52,864 nt of DNA from a virus (taxonomy: Duplodnaviria > Caudoviricetes): positions 1-52,864 of IMG/VR virus record IMGVR_UViG_3300030419_003351; one strand, given 5' to 3'. Under the pieces are notes generated by a model that had not been told where the DNA came from, did not search any database, and worked only from the letters and a program-made list of their open reading frames with translations. The position numbers were made by a program, and so were the translations under genes. The number at the start of each line of letters is the position of its first letter. Position 1 is the first letter of the stretch. This document shows, in pieces, positions 47,042-52,864 of the stretch.

Positions 47042-48013
47042 ATGGTAGGTAAACCTAATACAAAATTAAGATTCCCTTCTGGCGTCAAGGCTAGTGACGC
47101 TAGTCTAACAGAAATATTGATGGAAAACTTTGTTGGCTTCTATGATTGGGGCTTGTTGGATGCTGGTCAATACTACAATATACACGCACCACAATCAGGC
47201 ATATACGGAGGAGATAGGCATAAGTTAAGAATCGTTGATGATCCTAATTATTCTTCGGGGCAGATTTGGGAGGGGTATCGTCAGAATTGGGTTTGGGAAG
47301 GTAGTGGTAATATAGATGGCACTACAGAGCAACCTATTGATATCTCTGGCGTTTATGTAGACAGCACATTCTATGCAACAGGAAATGTAACAAAGCCGTT
47401 TTATATAGATTATACTAATGGTAGGGTTATATTTGACTCATCTGTCCCATCTACGAGTTCTGTTCATTTAGAATATAGCCATAAGGCCGTTCAGGTTGTA
47501 CCAGCAAAAGGCGTTCCTTGGTTTAGACAGATACAGCAAGGATCTTTTAGAAGCGACAAGGGTTTCCAAGTTGCCGCATCAGGTGGTTGGGCACAGCTTG
47601 GACAGACCAGAGTACAACTCCCCGCTCTGGCCGTAGAGGTTGTTCCTGCTACATCGTTAAAACCATATGCGTTAGGCGGTGGTCAATGGGTCCATAGTGA
47701 TATAGTATTTTACGTCCTTGCCGAACAACATTGGGAATGTACGAATTTAATGGATATAGTTATCCATCAAAACGACAGAAGCCTTGATTTATTTGACCCT
47801 ACTCAGGTAGGATTATCCGGTGCTTTTCCATTTAACTATAGAAATGAACTAGTTGGACACGCTAATCCTAGTGGTTTATACCCTAATTTAGTGGCTAATT
47901 ATCATTATAAAAGATGTTGGGTTTTTGACTCTAAAGGTGCTGGTGTTACACAATTAACCCCAGAATTATATATTGGAACAGCACGCTGTACAACCGAAGT
48001 TAAACCCATATAA
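47042..48013 (+). CDS. tail terminator-like structural protein (putative)
   Basis: LPA.AVE...LGGG motif, directly before the tail tube gene. Confidence 0.5.
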   Translation: MVGKPNTKLRFPSGVKASDASLTEILMENFVGFYDWGLLDAGQYYNIHAPQSGIYGGDRHKLRIVDDPNYSSGQIWEGYRQNWVWEGSGNIDGTTEQPIDISGVYVDSTFYATGNVTKPFYIDYTNGRVIFDSSVPSTSSVHLEYSHKAVQVVPAKGVPWFRQIQQGSFRSDKGFQVAASGGWAQLGQTRVQLPALAVEVVPATSLKPYALGGGQWVHSDIVFYVLAEQHWECTNLMDIVIHQNDRSLDLFDPTQVGLSGAFPFNYRNELVGHANPSGLYPNLVANYHYKRCWVFDSKGAGVTQLTPELYIGTARCTTEVKPI

Positions 48014-48075
48014 TGCTATTTTTGTGTATAAGATAACGCCCTTTACCAGAGGACAATCATACTAGGAGAATTTCA

Positions 48076-49107
48076 ATGGCAAGAAATAATAGAATATTTT
48101 ATGCCTGTCAAGCTGTGATCATTATGAAAACCGGCCACACTGTTTCAAGTGATGGATCGAATATCGTACGTGGTCTACAGAGTATAGGCATGAATTCAAA
48201 TTTCACGCTTGACCAAGTGTTTGAAATTGGCCAGTTGGAGATTTATGAAAATATCGAAGACGTTGCCGATATCGAAGTTTCGCTTGAGAAAGTTATCGAC
48301 GGTGAAAAGCTTATTTACAACCTAGCTAGTAATGGCACCTGTAAAACCAGCATTGTTGCCGCATCTAAAAACAGAAGTGATGTCTACGTTGCTATCTTTG
48401 ATGATAGTCAAGACAACGCTACTGGTATTCCTCTCAACGTATGCTGGAACTCGGGGATGTATACATCTTCCGTTTCCTATAGCTACAGTGTAGATGGAAG
48501 TGCTACAGAATCTGTTACCCTTGTTGGTAATGACCGGTTCTGGAACGCTGACCCTGCAAGAGGTGCTGGCGATGGTACTGCAAAAGACAGATGGGGTACG
48601 ACGCCCGGAACTGCACCTACCACAGGTAAATTCGACGGTACCGACTCACCAAGCTCTGGTGTTGTTCGACGTGTAGACGTTGACCTTGAAGGTTCAAGTC
48701 TACCAAGTATCGTTAAGTCTCAACTTGGAGATGACGCTACTGGTCTTGGTGGTGGTTACCATGTTCAAAGTATCAGCGTTAGTGCTGACTTTGGTCAGGA
48801 AAACATTACAGAACTGGGTCGATTCTCACCTTATGCTCGTTATGCTACCTTCCCAATCGAAGTTACTTGCGAGTTTGAAGTGATGGCTACGTCTGGTGAC
48901 CTGCAAACTGTTTCTGGTGTTGGTACTAACCTATCAAACGAAACTATCCTAATCAAGGATACTGCCGGTACTCAGCTTGACCTTAAGGCTAAGAACAAGC
49001 TTTCTTCTGTTTCTTACTCTGGTGGAGACACTGGTGGTGGAAACGCAACTGTCACTTATTCATATAGTAACTTTAACGGTCTGACCGTTATTGATGGTGG
49101 TGGTTAA
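48076..49107 (+). CDS. major tail tube protein
   Basis: Own late motif and AGGAG RBS; internally duplicated beta-rich domain (QSI....F...V/I.E.G twice). Confidence 0.7.
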   Translation: MARNNRIFYACQAVIIMKTGHTVSSDGSNIVRGLQSIGMNSNFTLDQVFEIGQLEIYENIEDVADIEVSLEKVIDGEKLIYNLASNGTCKTSIVAASKNRSDVYVAIFDDSQDNATGIPLNVCWNSGMYTSSVSYSYSVDGSATESVTLVGNDRFWNADPARGAGDGTAKDRWGTTPGTAPTTGKFDGTDSPSSGVVRRVDVDLEGSSLPSIVKSQLGDDATGLGGGYHVQSISVSADFGQENITELGRFSPYARYATFPIEVTCEFEVMATSGDLQTVSGVGTNLSNETILIKDTAGTQLDLKAKNKLSSVSYSGGDTGGGNATVTYSYSNFNGLTVIDGGG

Positions 49108-49133
49108 TAGATAACTTTTTCGGGAACTAGGAT

Positions 49134-50186
49134 TTGGACGATATTTATTATGAAAAAGTTCTGAATAGAATAATACAAGGTCGTCTTCGCATTAAGCTGG
49201 GCGATCTTGTTTTATATATTTACGAACCTTCTAACGACTTAAAAGAAGAATCATTTGATGTTTATGATGAGGCACTAAAAATTGCCTACTTCAACGGATG
49301 TTATGTGCAAAGAGAAGTCGATGAGCTTTTAATAGATTTTGATTTCTGGAATCCTATTGATGAGCAAAGGCTAAAAGATCTAGAAGATAATCAACTTGAG
49401 GACGCCAAAGTAGAGGCGTATAGAAACTTTTTTGATAAAAGAAAACTGTCAACAATAAAAAGAAAGATTAGACGCATAGAGTCAGATATATACGGACTAA
49501 GAGCTAAAAAGAAACAACTCGATCATTTGACTTGCGATAGTATAGCCGCTTTTACGAGAAGGGTGTGGTTATTTGAACGGTGTACAAAAAACAAAGATAA
49601 TGAACCTTATGATTTTAAACAGATCTCTGTGAGTAGGGTATTGGACCTATATGCTGAAAATCAGATACCTGTAGACGTTCTAAGAAAAATAGCCAGATCA
49701 GAACCTTGGAGATCTATGTGGGCAACATCAAGAAAAAGAGGAAATGCTTTTAAAGGTAATTCTTGTGATTTTAATGACCTACAGCTAGGATTATCTTCTT
49801 GGACAATAATGTACGAAAACCTATCTGAAAACCCAGATCAACCTAAAGACGAAATAATAGAAGATGACGATTGTTTAGACGGTTGGTTTATATTAGAGAA
49901 ACGAAAACGAGAAAAAGAAAAGAAAGAAAAAGAAGTTGAGGATCTTTTGCAAAATCCCAAGATAGCTAATTCACAAGAAGTATTTTTAATGGCTAACAAT
50001 CAACAACAAGCGAAGGATATTATGTCACTTAATGATGTGCATGGACAAAATATCATACGACAACGTAATCAACAGATAGCGAACCACGAGGGGGATATGC
50101 ACTTTAAAGATCTAAAGGATGTCCATCAGGACAGAATGATTAACGCTGCCCAATCTAATATAGCAGCAACAAAAAGGAGGAATTAG
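49134..50186 (+). CDS. hypothetical protein, possible tail assembly chaperone
   Basis: 350 aa, TTG start, between tube and tape measure. Confidence 0.55.
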   Translation: MDDIYYEKVLNRIIQGRLRIKLGDLVLYIYEPSNDLKEESFDVYDEALKIAYFNGCYVQREVDELLIDFDFWNPIDEQRLKDLEDNQLEDAKVEAYRNFFDKRKLSTIKRKIRRIESDIYGLRAKKKQLDHLTCDSIAAFTRRVWLFERCTKNKDNEPYDFKQISVSRVLDLYAENQIPVDVLRKIARSEPWRSMWATSRKRGNAFKGNSCDFNDLQLGLSSWTIMYENLSENPDQPKDEIIEDDDCLDGWFILEKRKREKEKKEKEVEDLLQNPKIANSQEVFLMANNQQQAKDIMSLNDVHGQNIIRQRNQQIANHEGDMHFKDLKDVHQDRMINAAQSNIAATKRRN

Positions 50187-50191
50187 GAAAA

Positions 50192-50593
50192 ATGACAGAA
50201 GACGAAAACTATAACGCTTTTCTTCAAAAGTCTCTAAGCTTAAAACGGGTTAGGGAAGAAAGAAGTAAGGAAGTATCTAAGGATACTTTGTTTAGGGCTG
50301 CAAAAAAGAAAATTCAAACCACTATGATAGGTGCTTTATCTACATTAGAAGAGGGGTTCGGTTTCTTGTGGGGCTTTAACGAAAGTGGCGAGGAGTTATC
50401 TCAGGAGCAACAGCACCTTAAAGATATTTATGATGAAGTGCGTGCAAAAATACTAGATAGAGGCAACACGCAAATTAGGAACTTAGAAGCTGAGTTCGCT
50501 CAGTACGAAATAACATCTAAAAGACATAATTACAGCATTCCGGTTAAAAGTACCGACAATTCTTTAAAAGGAGAAGAAAAAAATGACGGATAG
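50192..50593 (+). CDS. hypothetical protein
   Basis: 133 aa with RBS. Confidence 0.65.
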   Translation: MTEDENYNAFLQKSLSLKRVREERSKEVSKDTLFRAAKKKIQTTMIGALSTLEEGFGFLWGFNESGEELSQEQQHLKDIYDEVRAKILDRGNTQIRNLEAEFAQYEITSKRHNYSIPVKSTDNSLKGEEKNDG

Positions 50594-51578
50594 AATTATC
50601 GAAAGTAAAAACACAGATGGAAAAGAAGTTAAGGTTAAGCTCAAAACTCCCGGACCATCAGAATATAGAGACTCTCAAGTAGAGTATAACAAAGCATTTA
50701 GATCGGCCCTAGATTCTGGTGCTCTTCTCAGGCAGAAACTTTCTGATTATATGACAGAGCAGGGAATATGGAGCGAAGAAAAGCAAAAAAAGAATGACGA
50801 ATTTGTGGAAAAAATTAATGCTAAAGAGGAAATGCTAAAAATTGGCGGTATTAAATTAAGTGAAGCGAAAGAAATAGCACTGGAGCTTAGGGGTTTACGT
50901 GTTCGGTTTAGAGATTTTCTTGCTGAAAGAAATGCGTTAGATCAGAATTCCGCTGAAGGTCAGGCTGATAACGCCAGATTTAGCGAGCTTGTTAGACTTT
51001 GTATGCTTAATCCAAATACCAATAAACCCTATTTTCCCACGCAGGAAGATTACGATAAATCAGCAGATCAACCTTGGGTTGTAGAGGCTGCTGGTGAGTT
51101 GGCTGGTATGATTTATGGTTTAGATCCTAATTACGACAACAAGCTTGAAGAGAATAAGTTTCTCAAAGAATTTGAGTTTGTAAATGATGATCTTCGTCTT
51201 GTCAATGATGATGGGCATCTGGTTGACACCGAAGGAAAGCTGATTGATGAAGACCATAGATTTGTTGCTTATCACACGGATGAAGGCTACAAAAATCAGG
51301 ATGTTGAAGATCGTTACTATGTGAATAGGGATGGTGAAGAGGTTATCAAAATAGAGGATGAAGACGGCTCTGTTACTTGGGTCAAGAAGTCTATGGCCGA
51401 AAGAAAGCCTTTCTTGGACGATAGTGGAAAGCCTGTAATAGTGGCAAAGAAAGAAGATGCCGAAGATGAAAAAGACTTAGTTTCTGAAGATAAAGCTGCG
51501 GCTGAGGAAAAAACTGCCTCAAAGCCTAAAAGAAGGAGAAAAAGTACTAAGACAGAAACTGACTCAGAAACCACTTAA
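50583..51578 (+). CDS. hypothetical protein, possible tail assembly chaperone
   Basis: 331 aa, AAGGAG RBS, directly before the tape measure. Confidence 0.6.
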   Translation: MTDRIIESKNTDGKEVKVKLKTPGPSEYRDSQVEYNKAFRSALDSGALLRQKLSDYMTEQGIWSEEKQKKNDEFVEKINAKEEMLKIGGIKLSEAKEIALELRGLRVRFRDFLAERNALDQNSAEGQADNARFSELVRLCMLNPNTNKPYFPTQEDYDKSADQPWVVEAAGELAGMIYGLDPNYDNKLEENKFLKEFEFVNDDLRLVNDDGHLVDTEGKLIDEDHRFVAYHTDEGYKNQDVEDRYYVNRDGEEVIKIEDEDGSVTWVKKSMAERKPFLDDSGKPVIVAKKEDAEDEKDLVSEDKAAAEEKTASKPKRRRKSTKTETDSETT

Positions 51579-51647
51579 TTGTGTATAAAGATGGGGAAAT
51601 TCCTTGGGGTGGGTTTCCCTATTCTTTAGATCAAAAGAAGGTAGACA

Positions 51648-52864
51648 ATGGCAGGTTTTAATTTAACGGCACAGTTACAGCTTCAGGCACCTACAAATAC
51701 ACAACAGGTAGTATCTCAGATACAAAAAAGCCTAAAAAACGTAAATGTTAATCTGAATATTCAGGCTAATAATCGTGCTATCGCTGCTGCCAATAAGCAG
51801 CTTAGTGGTGTAAATAAAGCCGCCCAAAACTCCTCCAGATCTATAAGTACCCTAAACAGAAACCTCAGTGAAGCTGCCCGTAGATTTAGTGTTATAACTA
51901 TAGCTACGGGTACTTTCATTTCTCTAGCTAGAGCGATTAAAAATTCTATTGGTGCCGCAATCCAGTTTGAAAGAGAGCTTGTTAAGATATCTCAGGTTAC
52001 TGGAACTTCTGTTGGTCAGCTAGGTGGCTTATCAAAAGAAGTAACTAAACTATCTACAAATCTAGGCGTTGCTAACCAAAGCCTTTTAGAAACAGCCAGA
52101 GTTCTTTCTCAGGCCGGTTTATCTGCTGTTAAAACCAAACAGGCACTTGAGGTTCTGGCTAATACTACTTTAGCACCTAGTTTTGATAATATCATCGACA
52201 CGACAGAGGGTGCTATTGCTATTCTTAATCAGTTTGGTCGAGAAGCCGCCAAGACTGGTCAAGACATTAAATTCTTGGAGCAAAGCTTAGATGCCATCAA
52301 TGCTGTTTCTAAGAACTTTGCGGTTGAGTCTGCTGACTTAATTGCTACGATTAGACGTACTGGTGGTGTGTTCCAAGCTGCTGGTGGTAATCTTAAAGAA
52401 CTGATAGCGTTGTTCACATCTGTTAGACAGACAACTCGTGAATCTGCTGAGACTATTGCTACTGGTTTTAGAACCATCTTTACCAGATTACAAAGAGCAG
52501 AAACTATCGACGCTCTTAAAGAGCTTGGTATAGCCTTGACCGATGCCGAGGGCAAGTTTGTTGGGCCAATGAAAGCTATCGAAGCACTTTCTGTTGGTTT
52601 GGCGGGGTTAGATCCGAAAGATGTTAGATTTAATGAGATCGTGGAACAGCTTGGTGGTTTCCGTCAAATTGGTAAAGTGATTCCTCTTCTCAAGCAGTAC
52701 AGTGTCGCACAACAGGCGTTAGCTATTGCAAATAACTCTGCTGGATCTACAGCTAAAGACGCTCAAACAGCCCAGCAGTCACTTGCGGTACAGTTCTCCA
52801 AAGTTAGAGAACAGTTCGACGCTTTAATGCGTAAGTTTGCAGATAGTGAGACATTTAGAAGTCT
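51648..52864 (+). CDS. tail tape measure protein (5' part, runs off the window)
   Basis: Open from ATG 51648 to the window end (MAGFNLTAQLQL...AIQFERELVKISQVTG...); TP901-like helical Ala/Gln-rich sequence; not in ORF track. Confidence 0.85.
   Translation, partial: MAGFNLTAQLQLQAPTNTQQVVSQIQKSLKNVNVNLNIQANNRAIAAANKQLSGVNKAAQNSSRSISTLNRNLSEAARRFSVITIATGTFISLARAIKNSIGAAIQFERELVKISQVTGTSVGQLGGLSKEVTKLSTNLGVANQSLLETARVLSQAGLSAVKTKQALEVLANTTLAPSFDNIIDTTEGAIAILNQFGREAAKTGQDIKFLEQSLDAINAVSKNFAVESADLIATIRRTGGVFQAAGGNLKELIALFTSVRQTTRESAETIATGFRTIFTRLQRAETIDALKELGIALTDAEGKFVGPMKAIEALSVGLAGLDPKDVRFNEIVEQLGGFRQIGKVIPLLKQYSVAQQALAIANNSAGSTAKDAQTAQQSLAVQFSKVREQFDALMRKFADSETFRS

Larger units (their letters stand above)
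5568..51588. promoter_or_regulatory. putative late promoter motif TGTGTATA(A/T/G)
   Basis: Copies upstream of genes in their orientation: 5568-5577(-), 6717-6725, 18944-18952, 25854-25862, 28776-28785 (variant), 31911-31919, 34292-34300 (end of LamG gene), 44742-44750 (variant TGCG), 48023-48031, 51580-51588. Confidence 0.7.

Noticed and set aside
49134-51578. Programmed frameshift in tail chaperones
   Set aside because: The downstream ORFs have their own RBS and start codon; I found no convincing slippery site
18967-52555. Numerous short minus-strand ORFs in the late arm
   Set aside because: Antisense shadows of long plus-strand genes, with no RBS or recognisable motifs

Overview
A 52.9-kb segment of a large tailed dsDNA phage (Caudoviricetes; long tape measure, no sheath gene seen, host not determinable from this window). 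It has two arms. Left arm (1-~18,800): almost entirely minus-strand small early genes (rIIA-like GHKL ATPase, HAD phosphatase, DUF932-like, GP88-like, many ORFs under 100 aa). They sit in ~24 units, each headed by a near-consensus sigma70 promoter, most with a shared CGAT(A) spacer motif. The arm also holds a 60-bp tandem repeat, a dispersed GC-rich motif, two consensus sigma54 boxes facing the opposite way, and at least four candidate structured RNAs, one ending in a tRNA-type T-arm plus CCA. Right arm (~18,900-end): plus-strand late region with a short phage sigma factor and a recurring TGTGTATA(A) putative late promoter. It encodes packaging genes (probable TerS, HNH, TerL, portal), protease/scaffold, capsid, a 2,500-aa repeat-rich fibre, neck and tail genes and the start of the tape measure. 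A lipid hydroxylase and glycan-synthesis genes (gmd, glycosyltransferase-like genes, PRTase-HAD fusion, cytidylyltransferase) are interleaved. All protein calls come from motif recognition and gene order by eye; no searches or folding programs were run.
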